Source: Malacoraja senta (lineage: Eukaryota). Taken from it: a stretch of 64,000 nucleotides of DNA. Numbering within the stretch: the stretch's first letter is position 1; each line of letters opens with the position of its first letter. The notes under the pieces are model-generated. The model did not search any database and was not told the origin of the DNA. It was given only the letters and a program-made list of their open reading frames with translations. Where the stretch lies: contig CM075998.1 in NCBI GenBank assembly GCA_038087875.1, positions 3,474,001 to 3,538,000 on the forward strand. The letters are read 5' to 3'. Below, one piece after another: positions 38,782 to 53,700 of the stretch. The position numbers and the translations under genes are program-made.

Positions 38782-41700
38782 CTGGAACAGATTAAAAAAA
38801 ACAGAACAGCAGAATTAAAGGCCAAATCCCAGAAATGATGCCTATCTAATACGAAGCAGTGGGAGAGGCGGTTGACTCTACAACTTGCACATGTCCAAAA
38901 CTGTTCTGTTACTTTAGCATTTTCTCAGGTTACAGGAAGATACTGATTAGTTGGTAAAATGGGCAGCGCAGTGGCAGAAGCAATGTAATCTTGATAACTG
39001 CAAGCAATGCATTTTGGTACAACTAATAACTGTACGTTAGTTCATTCCCATCCCCCAATAGTCAACAGGTATTAGAGGAGGAACTGTGGAGGGAGATCAC
39101 AGATAGCTGCAAGAATATTGGGGCGTAATAGTGTGGGGGGGGTGGGGGAGATTTGAGAAGTTCATTGAGGGAGGCTGTTTATGGTAAAGGGATATCTGGT
39201 AAGTGGGAGGTGTTTAAACGCAAGATAACGAGTGTTCAGGGCCAGCATATTCCTGTTCGATTGAGGGCAAGGCTGGTAGGAGTAGGGAACGCTGGATGCT
39301 GAGAGACATTGAGACTCTGATCAAGGAACAGGAGGCATATGTCATGTATAGGCAGCTGGGATCTGCCTTTGAGTAGAATAGGGGATGTGGGAGTACACTC
39401 TGGAGGGAAACCAGGAGGGCATAAGGGATATGAGATAGCTTTTGCAGACAAGGTAAAGGAGGATCCAAAGAGATTCTACATACTAAGGGCAAAAGAGTAA
39501 CTAAAGAGAGAATAGGAAGGTCAACAAGGTCATCTGTGTGTGGAGCCACAGGAGATGGGCAAGGTGTTAAATGAATATTTCTCGTCTGTATTTACCATGG
39601 AGAAAGACATGGGTTCCACTGTACTTGGGGATGTTAATAGTGATTTCTTGAGGGGAGTCCACATTACAGAAGAGGAATTGGCTTGGTATCAATGTAAAAT
39701 TGTCCCTAGTGTGTGTAGGATGGTGCTAGTGTGCGGGGATCGCTGGTCGGCGCGAACACGGTGGGCCCGTTTCCGCACTGTCTCTAAACTAAACCCACCG
39801 AGTTCCTCCAGCACTTTGCGCGCTTTGCTTCACATTGCAGCACTTGCAGCTTCTTGTGTCTCCATTTGGCTGGTTAATTTGATTAGTTAGGGATGGGAGA
39901 AACCGATGCAAATCCAAAATAAAAATAATATTTTCCACAGCCCACTCACCAGTAGAGAAACAAAATACAAATCACTCAACATTTTACCTGTGGACGTGGT
40001 CACAAAATTTCCTCCTATTCCTGGTGGCACTGTCCCCATAGCAAGGCTGGGAAAAGCCACGTTTAGGTTTGGAAAATTAGGTAGGTTGGTAAACATAGGA
40101 GGTGCAGATATTAGTCCTGAGGGGGAAAAAAAAAACAAAAAACAAGCTACCACAAATTGAACAGTTGGCAGAAGGATAGGTCAAAAATGTGAACTTCAAC
40201 CCTACAGTGTAAAATCAATGCATTTGCTATCCAGTTGATCACATACTTTGGCAGAAAGGTAGCTTGTAGCGTTTTAGCAAAAGCCTCCTGAATGCATGGA
40301 TCAGTTTTACCAGCAGGACGTAGACAGTAGAAAACCATGGGTGCTGCCCAATTACAATGAAGCGGTTTGCAAACCATCTGTCTGCAGCCTAGATCCCTCC
40401 ACACGCATCAACACCAGCAGAGGGAACAATTTTTTTGATTAAAAAAAAGTAAGCCCCAAAATATTACAAAGAAATTTAAACATAGAACCGCAGATGAACA
40501 GGCCCTTCGGCTCACAAAGTGTGTGCCGAATGTGATGTCAAGACCAACTCTTACCTACCTGCACATGATCTATATCCCTCCATATCCATGTGCCTATCTG
40601 AAGGTCACTTAAATGCCACTATCGTATCTGCCTCCACTGCCACCTCTGGCAACGAGTTCCAGGCACCCGCCACCCGCTGTGTATAAAAAACTTGCCTCGC
40701 GCATCTCCTTTGAACTTTGCCCCTCGCCCGTTAAAGCCATTCCCTTTAGTATTTATTATTTCCATCCTGGGAAAAAGGTTCCAACAGTCTACCCTACCTA
40801 TGCCTCTCATCATTTCATTTACCTCTATCAGCTTCCTCACAACCTCCTAAGGTGCAGGAGAATAAAACAGTGGATGAGAATATCTTGTTTCCCCATGTAA
40901 TCAGGAAACGGAGGTCTTGTTAGATATGATGGAGGATCAAGCTGCTTTAAATTGTGAAGGGATACAATGCACACATCCACATAGTTAGACTAAGTTAAAG
41001 TCTGGTGTTAGTCACTATTTTCCATTTCTCACTCTCTGTTTGAATTTTAGGGGTTCAGAATTATACAGTACAGATACAGGCCATTCGGTTTGACTTGTCC
41101 TTGATGTCTCTTTGAGCTAATCCCCCTTGCCTGCGTTTGGTCCATGTCCCTCTAAGCCATTCCTGTCCATGTCCCTTGCCCATGCTAGGGACATGGACAG
41201 GAATGCCTTAGAGGGACATGTCCCTCGACCACTCTCTGGCAGCTCATTCTAAACACCCACCACCTTCCGTGTGGAAAAACCCCACCTTCAACCTTTCCAC
41301 TCTCACTTTAAATCTATGTCCTTTAGTTTTAGACTTCCCTACCCCAGGAAAAAGACTGACCATCCATTTTATCTACGCCCCTCGTGATTTTATAAACCTC
41401 AGCTTCCTATGTATTGTCTCAGGTTACAGGAAGATACTGATTAGTTGGTAAAATGGGCAGAGCAGTGATTCAAGATTACTCCTCAGCTTCCTACGCTCCA
41501 AGGAAAAAAAGTCCCCGACTATCCAGTAGGAAGTCTAAACAGGAATGAACCCTTTCAGAAATCAGAAAATAACACCAAATGCAATGTCAACTTGACAGCA
41601 GGGAGGTTCTTATTTGCAGTGTGTCAGAAAGAACTGCATAGAAACATAGAAAATAGGTGCAGGAGGAGGCCATTCGGCCCTTCGAGCCAGCACCGCCATT

Positions 41701-44700
41701 CATTGGCTATCCCCTATCGTCCCCTGTCAATAACCCGTGCCTGCCTTCTCCCCATATCCCTTGACTCCAGTAGCCCCTCGAGCTCTATCTAACTCTCTCT
41801 TAAATCCATTCAGTGACTTGGCCTCCATTGCCCTCTGTGGCAGGGAATTCCATAAATTCACAACTCTCTGGGTGAAAACGTTTTTTCTCACCTCAGTCTT
41901 AAATTACCTCCACTTTATTCTAAGACTGTGGCCCCTGGTTCTGGACTCGCCCAACATTGGGGAAAAATTTCCTGCATCTAGCTTGTCCAGTCCTTTTATA
42001 ATTTTATATGTTTCTATAAGATTCCCCCTCATCCTTCTAAACTCCAGTGAATACAAGCCTAGTCTTTTCAATCTTTCTTCATATGACAGTCCCGCCATCC
42101 CAGGGATCAATCTTGTGAACCTACGCTGCACTGCCTCAATCACAAACTGCATATGCTGGTAAAAATCGAAGGTAGACACAAAATGCTGGAGTAACTCAGC
42201 CGGTGAGGCAGCATGTACGATGCTGCCTCACCCGCTGAGTTACTCCAGCATTTTGTGTCTACCTTCTTTTCTGCAGTGATATTTTGGTGACTTACAGAAA
42301 TGCACGTCCGATCTGGGACGGCCAAGGGCACAAGGCAAGCCACTCTTGTCAAATAATCACCAGTAAAATACATAAAAGCAAGTTATTAAAAAAATAATTA
42401 TCTGAATGGATAAAGAATATACTGTAGAATGAAAGGTTTTATGCAAACAGGGAAAGTGGTTGCACGACTAAGTCTATTCAGATCACACACACACACAAAT
42501 GTCATGGGCATACCTGGCACTGTACTGGTGATGGCTGCATTAGCTAATGACACAGTGAAAGGTTCATTCAATGGTGAAGGAAATAATGGAACTCCGACAG
42601 AACCTGAAAGCAAAAGAGTCAGAATATAAATACTGCAGGAGGAAACATTATAGCTCATTTGATCCATACATAACTCATAATTTCAAGGTTTTATTCCACC
42701 CCATGTGATTTGACAACTTCCCACCTGCAGTCAATATTAGTGTCCAGCACAGACAGGGAGAAGGCAAACTGCTCTCTTCCAGTTATCACTAGGCTCTGTT
42801 TTGAATAATAAGCAAGATAACAGACGGCAGGCTGGAAATAAAATTAAGCAAAACATGACATCAGTCAATACAGTTCTTTCTGAGGAAAGACATTCTTGCC
42901 ATAGAGGGAGTACAGAGAAGGTTCACCAGACTGATTCCTGGGATGTCAGGACTTTCATGTGAAGAAAGACTGGATAGACTCGGCTTGTACTCGCTAGAAT
43001 TTAGAAGATTGAGGGGGGGGTCTTATAGAAACTTACAACATTCTTAAGGGGTTGGACAGGCTAGATGCAGGAAGATTGTTCCTGATGTTGGGGAAGTCCA
43101 GGACAAGGGGTCACAGTTTAAGGATAAGGGGGAAGTCTTTTAGGACCGAGATGAGAAAATATGTTTTCACACAGAGAGTGGTGAATCTCTGGAATTCTCT
43201 GCCACAGAAAGTAGTTGAGGCCAGTTCATTGGCTATATTTAAGAGGGAGTTAGATGTGGCCCTTGTGGCTAAAGGGATCAGGGGGTATGGAGAGAAGGCA
43301 GGTACAGGATACTGAGTTGGATGATCAGCCATGATCATATTGAATGGCGTTGCAGGCTCGAAGGGCCGAATGGCCTACTCCTGTACCTATTTTCTATGTT
43401 TCTATCAGCCTATTCCTTCTCTCCAGATGTGCTGCCTGTCCCGCTGAGTTACTCCAACATTTTGTGTCTATCTTCGGTGTAAACCAGCATCTGCAGTTCC
43501 TTCCTACACACTTTCAACCAGGATACGGGCAGAGGGCATTCAGCCCATGAAGACTAGTCTTTTGCAGAGCAATCAAGTCAATCCTATCCCCCTGCCTTTT
43601 CCCTGTATTTGTTCATGTTCTCTCCTTTAGTTATGTAGACAATTCTCTTTTGAAAGGTTCCATTATATTTGCATCCACCACGATTGGGCACTACATTTAA
43701 CTTCTTAACACACCATGTAGAAACAAAATTCTCCCTCACGTCTTCTGGCAATGACTTAAATTTGTCTTTCACCCATAGTGAAGAGTTTCTAATTAGTCTG
43801 TATAATCCTTCCTAAAATCAAACTTCTCTGATGTACAGCATCATAGTGGAAGAAATAGAAGGGACAAATGGCCCACTCTTGCTAAGTTGCTCCACTATTC
43901 AAGGTCATGGTCAGACTTCTACTGCAACGTCATTTTGCTGCACTATCCCCATATCCTTTCAGATTGTAAGGATTTCTCAGCCAGAGGAGACATCCTCCCT
44001 GCATCATGCCTGAGGAACTCTTATATTATTTTGTACGATTCAAATGAGTTACATATAACACGGAAACAGGCCCTTCAGCCCAACTCGTCCGTGCCGACCA
44101 AGATGCCCCATCTAAGCTTGTCCCACCTGCCTGTGTTTGGCCCATATCCCTCTAAACCTTTCCTATCCATGTACCTGTTCAAGTGTACTTATAAAAAATT
44201 TAGTGTAGTTTGGAGATACAGCATGGAGCAGGCCCTTTGGCCCACCGAGTCCACACAACTAAAGCAATTTGATTCAGTTTCTCGACATGTGTGCACAGGA
44301 CAGATTCAGAAAGGTGTTTAAATAAAATGTTGAAGTATTCTCACCTTCATAAGTAGGGGAATCAAGAGGAAAAGGAAGCAATGAGCCATGTTTAACCTCA
44401 ATAAAACACAAATTTGGTTACACCCAGAGTACGATCTTGACATCTTTCCTAAAGTGCAGCATCAGAGTGGGACGTTCACACAAAAGATGGTGGGTGTATG
44501 GCACGAGCTGCCAGGGGAGGTAGTTGAGGCAGGTACAATAACAACATTTAAAAGAGACTTATAGACAGGTACATGGATAGGAAAGGTTTCGAGGGAGATG
44601 GCCAAATGGGATTAGCTTAGATCTTGGTCTGCATGGATAAGTTGGGCCGATGTTTCCGTGCTGTGTGACACCACGACTTTAAAAGATGAACTGCTGTTCA

Positions 44701-47700
44701 ACTTCCTCATCTCCAAAACCACACACATTGAGATGCAGTGGTTCCTCTGCTTAGTACAGTGAAGGTTAAAGGAATTAATAGATGTGCTCAAAACCACAAA
44801 GGGTCCCTTGTTCCCTTCAGCAGATAGCTTGAGAACCAAAGCGTGAGAACCGTAGCATGAGAAAAACAAAAAGAACATAGCTGTGATCTGGAATGGATAT
44901 TTGAGATGGCGGAAACAGATTCAAATGTGGTGTTGAAATTAAGACACAAAATGCCAGAGTAACTCAGGAGGCCAGGCAGCATCACTGGAGAACATGGGCA
45001 GGTGATGTTTCAAGTCGGGTCCCTTCTTGGGCAAGCACTTGGAAAAAAAATATTAGAGTTCCAGAGTTGGGGAGTAGAACAAGCTCAGGCTCAATTACCC
45101 AAATAGCCCCCTGTGTACAATTCTGTAACTTAATCGCACACGCAAACTCTGTGTCCTTGGTTACACCCAGATAATGCTGAGCGAGTTCCGTGTGCTGGAA
45201 GGAATGTGCCAAGCAACAGTACAAGAATTAGAATAAAAGGGTGGGAGACAGATAACAAGGTTTATTTAAAAAAAAAATAGAGCAAGGGAAAGAAGTTTGG
45301 AGAGTGAACCCCAGCAGGAGGTTGTTCAAAGCTATGTTGCCTAGTGGAGGGTTAAGGGCCTGTCCCACTTGGCCGTCATTTGCGCGTAATTTACGCGCAT
45401 GGTGTGCATTACGAGCGCATGGTGCGTGATGACATATGCAGTGACGCGCGGCCGCGGGCGGCGTCGCAGGACTTTGTGATGTACACAATCTTCGGGCGCC
45501 ATCTGCGTGACACGCAAATGACGGCCAAGTGGGACAGGCCCCTTAGTCAAGAAGCTAGAGTAAGGGGAATATAAAGCACAGATTAGGAGAGAGCATTGCA
45601 AAATGCTACAGAAGTTGGGCTAGTCCAAGGTCAGTGAGGAATTTGTAAATAGGCATAAAGGACTTTGCATTCAATACACTGCAAAGTCAATGGTGCTTAC
45701 AAAGAGCAGAGAGAAGCAAGATTTATTGAGAGACCGAACGTGTTGGATGAGATGGGGTTTATGTGGTTCTCTCTTAAGTTTGGAGGCAAAGAAAAAGAGA
45801 TGTATTTCACTTGGGATAATGGAAGAGATAAAAGGTAAAAGGTCGTGGCTTGCAATCATTGTCATGGAAATAGAATTGGAGGTCATAGTTGAAATGGCTA
45901 ATGAAGACCATCTTGGGGGATGGAGTTAGGAGGCAGATGGAAGACAAGAAGATTGGCTTTTGTTAATAGTTAGACTTACTGTCAGATAAGCACAAGAAAG
46001 GCAACTGTAATTTCGAGTAGCAGCAAAAAAACAAAAAGATAATGTTGGACATTTAACATAAAACATACAAAATGGCGATTGCAATTCTTTGAAATTATTT
46101 TAGAAGCATGTCTCCTTATGTATACATTTATACCCAGATTAACCAACAAAGAGCACCTGCAATTGTAATGTCAAGAGGAAAACTGCACTGAGGCAACGTT
46201 TACGAGGCCTTTAGAGAGGCATGTAAATAGGCTGGGGATGGAGGGATATAGATGGGATTAGCTTTTTAAAAAGACACAAAGTTCTGGAGTAAGTCAGCGG
46301 GTCAGGTAGCATCTCTGGAGAACACGGATAGGTGACGTTTCGGGTTGGGACCCTTCTTCAGACCTGACCCATCTTCACCTCATCTTCAGGTCTTAACCCG
46401 AAATGTCACCTATCCATGTTCTCCAGAGATGCTACCTGACCCGCTGAGTTACTCCAACACTCTGTGAAACGTCACCTATCCATGTTCTCCACATATGCTG
46501 CCTGACCCGCTGAGTTACTCCAGCACTCTGTGAAACGTCACCTATCCATGTTCTCCACAGATGCTGCCTGACCCGCTGAGTTACTCCAGCACTCTGTGAA
46601 ACGTCACCTATCCATGTTCTCCACAGATGCTACCTGACCCACTGAGTTACTCCAGCACTGTGCATTTTTGTTTTGTAAACTAGCATCAGCAGTTCTTTGT
46701 ATCTCCTCTCTGGGACTAGTTTAAAATGGCATTATGATCGCCACAGACATCGCAGGCTGAAAGGCCTGTTGCTGTGCCGTTATGTTCCTTCTTCTATGAT
46801 AGTTTGACATTAAAAGCTTGCAAACTATCCTTTCCAAAAGCAGCAATACCAAATGAACTACTGATGGCAGACAGCCTTGACCCTTATTTTTCCGTCATAG
46901 GAATGCCCCAAGATGTTTATTTTAGGTACAACACCAAATCAAACGAGGATCAGACTTCAATTTGCCAGTACAATTCAAAAGTGAAATGCATTTCAAGTCC
47001 AGTTGTCCTGTGTGTTAAACGTTCCGTTACTTCATCATCAGCACAGGTTTCTCAGTACTGACACTTTTTAAATTCTTTTTTGAAAATCACAAATGTTCTT
47101 ACCCAACAAATACCCAAAAGTGGGCATAGGAGCAAAGAAGAAAAATGTAACAATATAATCAGAGTTTAGAAAACGGGAAAATTCAGAGAACACTGAAAAG
47201 GACAAATTGGTCCGGATAGAGCAAACATATTTTTAAATCTTGGCTAGATGTGTAGCTTACACCAATTACTGGACAATTTGCAGGGGTGCCGATCTACCCG
47301 ATGCCACACTGAATGTGGAAATATGTGGAGTACGGTTAGATAGGCAAAGGACAACTATAACAAATAGCAGGGATTTAATCTAATTGCCATTTTGAAGTTA
47401 TACATTGTGCCCAAATGTAAATGGAAAGCAAACTGCTGTCCATATTTATAATGGAGACTGGTCACGTAGATACACTCCTGTCTGTTTCATTACTGCAGTT
47501 ACTTAACTGCTGCAGGACAATAGAATTACAGCCCAAAAGTTAACGTAGGCAGTCTCAATTATAAATTATTTGAAATAAAGTGTCATCTGAAGAATTTAGA
47601 GAGAGAGTACGCAATTGTAAGATTTATAGTCCAAAACACGGGTCTGTTGGAAGTTGGGGAGAAATGCGAGCAGTGGGATAGAAAAACAAAAGCCACTGTG

Positions 47701-50700
47701 GCTGTTGAAGAGATATATGCCATGCATTTGCAAATCTGATCTGAGTCAAAGAACGTCACAGAGACACCACGACGAGTGCGCCTCAAGGCACGGCACCCCT
47801 TTGCCACGCAAGCCCAAGAGCTGCTCTGCACAACACCGGCTGACGCTTCTAAGGCCGCCTGGGTCAAGACAAGATGGAGAGACCAGTGGAAGTCAGCGGA
47901 ACCATCTAGGCTACACCATTACATCAATGACCCCATGTACGTCCCTGGCCAGGACCTGCCCCCGAAAGCAGTGGACAACCCTCAACCGCTTGAGGACAGG
48001 CATCGGAAGCTATGGAGTAGCGATGAAGAGGTGGGGCCTCGTGGACAGCGAGTGCCTCCTGCGAGTGTGGGGACCCAACACAGACAGTGGAGCACATCGT
48101 CACCAGTTGCCCCAAACACCGGCCACCGAATGGTGAACGAGGTCTGATGGACCTGGACGATGACACGTTGGCCTGGCTCGCCTCAACAGAGCTGCAGGTC
48201 TAAAAGACATACGACAGAAGAAGAAGATGTAGGACTCGAAGTGAAGTCGAAAGGTGGTAGTGGGTGCTGATGACAAGTTTACGGACAAGAAACTAATTGT
48301 TGAATTAAAATAAATCTAAAATAACGTCATCCTCACAGGCGATACATTCAACAACAACCAAAAGAAAATCAGCTTTTGCACTGCAAAAGGATTGAAGATT
48401 TTGAGCAGTGCTGATAACCTGGAGGAAGTTAATTAATGCAGTGACAAATCAGAAGGAAAATAGTACTGTACAACGCATACAAAATTACTCACCTGAATGC
48501 AAGTGATCATTTTAACTCACAAAAATGCTACCTTTTCCAAAGATATATTTATTGATGTTGACAAGGCCCGTATTTAAGCCTATCCCCAATTGCCCAAGAA
48601 AGTGATGGTCTTCTTGAAACACCGCAGTCAGCGTGGTGAAGGAACTCCCAAATGCTGTTAGGATTCAGACCATGCCACGCTTTAGAAAACTACTCTCAAC
48701 CAAGGTGGGGGGGAACAACTTGATCAGGTGAAGCATTAAACGAGGTCATGTATGATTAAAAAAAAGTCAAAGTGTTTTACTTCACCTGAAAATCTTAGGC
48801 TGTACTTTATGAATACAATATTTAACTGCGAAACTGCAATGATGAATACAGGGCACTGAAAGATACACCAATGGATAAGAAACCAGAAATTTTCATTAGG
48901 AGTGGAATATTACCCAAAGCTTTATCAATACCTTCTGCTGGAAGGCTGCAATGACTGCCTTACTCCATAGGAATGGCAACCAGAACAGAAAGAGGTTTAA
49001 AAGTAAATGCCTGTGTGGGAGTACATACCCAAGTCTGCTGAAGAGGAGATAGTCGAAACCTTCAAGTTCCTAGGTGTAAATATCACCAATTTGTTCTGGT
49101 CCCACCACATTGATGCTATGGCTAAGATAGCACACCAATGCCTCTACTTCCTTAGAAGGCTTAGGAAGTCTGGCATGTCCCCAACAACCCTCACCAACAT
49201 CTATACACGTGCCCTAGACAGTATTTTATCGGGATGCATCACAGCATGGATTGGAAACAGCTCCGTCCAACATCGCAAGAAATTACAGAGAGCTGTGGAC
49301 GTAGCTCAGACCATCTTGCAAATCAACATCCCTTCCATTGACTTCATCTATACTTCACGCTGACTCGGCAAGGCCACGAGCATAATCAAGGGCTACCTTC
49401 GTCACTCCCTCTTCTGCCTTCTCCCATCAGGGAGGATGTACACAAGTTTGAAGACACATCTCTCCAGATTCGGGGACAGTTTCTCCTCGGGTGTTATCAG
49501 GCAAATGAACCATCCTATCACCAGCTAGAGTGTAGTGCTGACCTCCTGTCTATCTCATTGAAGGCCTTTGAACCATCTTTAATCGGACTTTATCTCGCAC
49601 TAAATGTTATACCCTTTATTCTGTATCTGTACACTATGGGCGACTTGATTGTAATCATGCATAATCTTTCTGCTAACTGGGGGGCACGCAACAAAAGCTT
49701 TTCACTGTACCTCGATACACAATAAATTAAAACTAGTCGTCTTTTCCACTCCAAGGTTTTGAACTCATTCTCCTCCCGCCCATCCCAGTTCTAAGGTAGG
49801 CACAATTCCATCGTAATGAGGCACAAATTCCCCCCTCCCCCATTACGTCGCAAGTGTCTGGCTGGACCAGACCGATTGTGATCTGATGACTGCTGCTTGC
49901 GACTGGGAACCGATGCTTAGCTGGCTGCTGGCTTGCGATTCTGCCAACTGTTCTGCCACTGAAGGTGCTTGATCCAGCTTTTGCAGCATCCGATTCCGTG
50001 GTTTCAATTTGGTTTGTCGGATCTGAATGGCTTAACAGATCCTCCATGCAACTGAAACAAATGACCCAACCAGCACCAAGGAAGCAATAATTGGACGATA
50101 CCACTGATCCTTCCAGCTTTCCCAAGCCGTCAATTGCTGCATTGGGAGTTTGCAATTAATTAGCCGATTCAGGAAGACTGCTGCAATTGCAATGGATGGC
50201 AGAAGAGGTTGCATTCAGAGCTTGAAATAAAAACTGCACAAGCTGCAAAGGAGTGAGTGCCCAAATGCAATCTGCTGCAAGAGAGGTTTTAGCCACAAAG
50301 AGGAGAGATTGGGAAAACAACTCAGGAAAGATATAATGGTTTAGAAGTTGCACAGAGCAGGTGCACCAGAATATTAGAGCTAAAGGGTTAAATTAAGACA
50401 TAATGCACAGATTAGGCCTGTATTCTCTTAAATAGAGAAAATGATCGCTTGGAAGTAACCTTAAAATTTTAACAAAACACAAAGTGCTGGAGGAACTCAG
50501 CAGGTCAGGCAACATCTGTGGAGGGAATGGACAGATGACATTTTAGGACAGGAGAAGTGTCCCGATCGAAAACGTCGTCTGTCCATTCCCTCCACAGATG
50601 CTGCCTGATCCGCTGACGTCCAGCAAGTTTTCAGCATCTTGAGCCTCCACCTTAAAGTTAAAGCTGTGCAGATGAAGGGTGAAGCACCTCTCCACACAAT

Positions 50701-53700
50701 AGAAGACATCTTAGAACTTAGAAATCTTAGAAGGCTGCCATGGCCAGGGATCAATTCAAAGCTTCACATGGAAACTGATGGATTATCATTAGGCTACAAG
50801 GGTTACAGAACCAAAGAAGTTAATGGAGCGAATACAGAATCAGAATCAAACGCCACAACAGGCTTAAAAATCTGAATAACCTACTCTGTTCCAGTAGTTA
50901 TCCTTAATTGTCCTCAAGGTGATGGTAAAATCCATCTTCTTGGACCATTATTATTGTGTCGTGAAGAATGTGCCAAGTGCTCGCAAGTTAGAAGTTCTAG
51001 AACTTGGTCTAATTGGGATGAATGAACAGCAATGCACTGCCAAATCAGGATGGCACAAGGCTCGGAGGCTGTGTTTTCATGCACCTGCTACACATGCTTT
51101 TGCTTGGCGGATGTTCAGTGCTTGAGAGCAGATTTTGAAGATGCCTTGGCAAGTTGCTTCAGTGCTAGAACTAACTGCAACCACAATGCACTGATGGAGG
51201 AAGCGAGACGATTATAGGTGTCTAATATAGGTATACATCAGTGTAGTCCATCTCCCCACATTTTCAGCAGCACTTGCACCCATGATAGAGCACTGTAGAA
51301 ATCTCCCTGTTATTGAAAATGGGGATGGTTTCGACAGCACGGGGAACTGGAGACATCATGTCCTGAAGGACTTGCAATGTAATTGCACCATTAAAGTAAT
51401 TCTACCAGTACCTGGTGTGAATGTGCCTGTGACTGAAGTAGTTGTTGTTCTCAGCCCGAGATCACCCAGCTCCTTTGGCAGACCTGAGGGCATGTGACTC
51501 ATGGCAGGAGCACTTGGAGCTGAAAGAGGAACCTACAAAGAAACGAAGCTTTAGAACGTAACCCTGCATATGTCATCACCGACATGGCACTGTGAGAGGA
51601 AGAATAAGTGTGCATATATGGCCCCAGGCAGAATGGCTTCCGAAGCTCACTTGTACGCCCTTGGGTTTCTTTGTCTCTAAAACCATAATCAATTAATACT
51701 CAACCACTATGGAATTCACGCTCAATACATCGAACAGAAGCAGCTATGAATATCATTATTGCCATGTTTTAGATAGCATAGATCATGGAAGAATCTGCTA
51801 TTTGATCCTTGCCTCCATAATCCACACCTTGGATCCAATTCACTGCAAAATCGTTACTTGCCTGCTGCGCAGAGTGCTGCATTTTGCGCCTTGGCACCAA
51901 TTTGAGCGCAGAAGGTTATTCAATGAGATGTGTAATCATACATAGCACAGTACTTTATAAGTAGTGTTCACTTGGCCCACTAAGTCAGTACCAGCTCTTT
52001 TAGAGAGCGATCCAGTTGGTTCCATGCCTCTCCCCATATTGCAGCAATTCTTCCCCTCCTTGTGCGCAAAGTATTGATCCAATTCTCCTCAAGCCCACCT
52101 CTTGATCAGACAGTCCATTTCAATTCCTAAACATTGCATAAAAGAGTTTCACCTCATGCCAGGAAGTCTTGACGCAGCTCTATAGGACTTTTTGGTTAGG
52201 CCGCAATTTGGATTACATAGAACATAGAAAATAGGTGCAGGAGGAGCCCATTCGGCCCTTCGAGCCAGAACCGCCATTCATTGTGATCATGGCTGATCGT
52301 CCCCTATCAATAACCCGTGCCTGCCTTCTCCCCATATCCCTTGACTCCACTAGCCCCTAGAGCTCTATCTAACTCTCTCTTAAATCCATCCAGTGACTTG
52401 GCCTCCACTGCCCTCTGTGGCAGGGAATTCCATAAGTTCACAACTCTCTGGGTGAAAACGTTTTTTCTCAATCTTAAATGACCTCCCCTTTAGTCTAAGA
52501 CTGTGGCCCCTTGTTCTGGACTCGCCCAACATTGGGGGAAAAATTCCTGCATCTAGCTTGTCCAGTCCTTTTATAATTTTATGTTTCAATAAGATCCCCC
52601 CTCATCCAGTAAACTCCTGTGAATACAAGCCTAGTCTTTTCAATCTTTCCTTATATGACAGTCCTGCCATCCCAGGGATCAATCTCGTTTACTGCGTGCA
52701 GATCTGGTCATCCCATTACAAGAAAGAATTGGGGGCTTTGGAGAGGGTGCAGAGGAGATTTACCCGAATGGTGCCTGAACTAAAGGGTTTCAGCTACAGG
52801 GTTGGATGGACTTGGATTGTTTTCTCTGGAACGTCAAAGATTGTAGGAAGACGTATATACAACTATGAGAGGCATAGTTAAAATAGACAGTGAGAACCTT
52901 TTCCCCCCAAGCTGGAAGTGTCCAACACTAGAGGGCATAGCTATAAGTTTTCTTTCTTTCTTTCTTATTATTTCTTTTCCTGGATCGCCTCGACACCTTT
53001 TAGCGCCCAGCCCAATTCTTTTTTAATTTATTAACGTTTATGACAGTACACAAGGACCAGGAAGTTCTTCCTGTACTATCACAGAAAAAGGCAGTAAATA
53101 AACAGGAGCCTTGTGAACTGCAAGCCACAGGATGGCACTGTGGTACAGCTGATAGACCTGCAGCTTCACAGTGCCAGACACCCGGGTTCAGCCCTGACCT
53201 CAGTCGGGAGCTATTTGTGGAGTTTGCACTTTTTCTCTGTGACTGCACAGGTTTCCCCCAAATGTTCCAGTTTCCTCCCACATCGCAAACATGTGCAGGT
53301 TGATGGGTTCATTGGGTTGCGAGTGGTAGAGTTGCTAAAAATGTGGAAAGAATGTTAAATAAGGGATTGATGTTGGACAAGTGGAAATGGGCGATTGATG
53401 CTCGACACTGACTCAACTGAAGGCCCCGTTTCCATGCTGTATTTCTCTCTGAATTCCTTTTCTCCAGAGATGCTGCCTGACCCACTGAGTTACTCCAGCA
53501 CTTTGTGTCTATTTCCCAAGTGCCAAGCAGGCAGGAGCCACAGAGTTACTCAAATTGGAACCAAGTCTCCCCGATCTAAAGAGAACAGCCTTTAAGAGTG
53601 TTCAGGATGGATCAACACAGTGCAAGACAGGACAATGCTTTTTCTTTTGCCCCTCCATTCCGATCAGCTAATATTGGTCAATACTGCAACCCATTCTCAC

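Noticed and set aside
49733..50155. 140-aa minus-strand ORF as an extra GORASP exon
   Set aside because: No recognisable homology; the plausible acceptor is out of phase with the upstream exon and gives an early stop.
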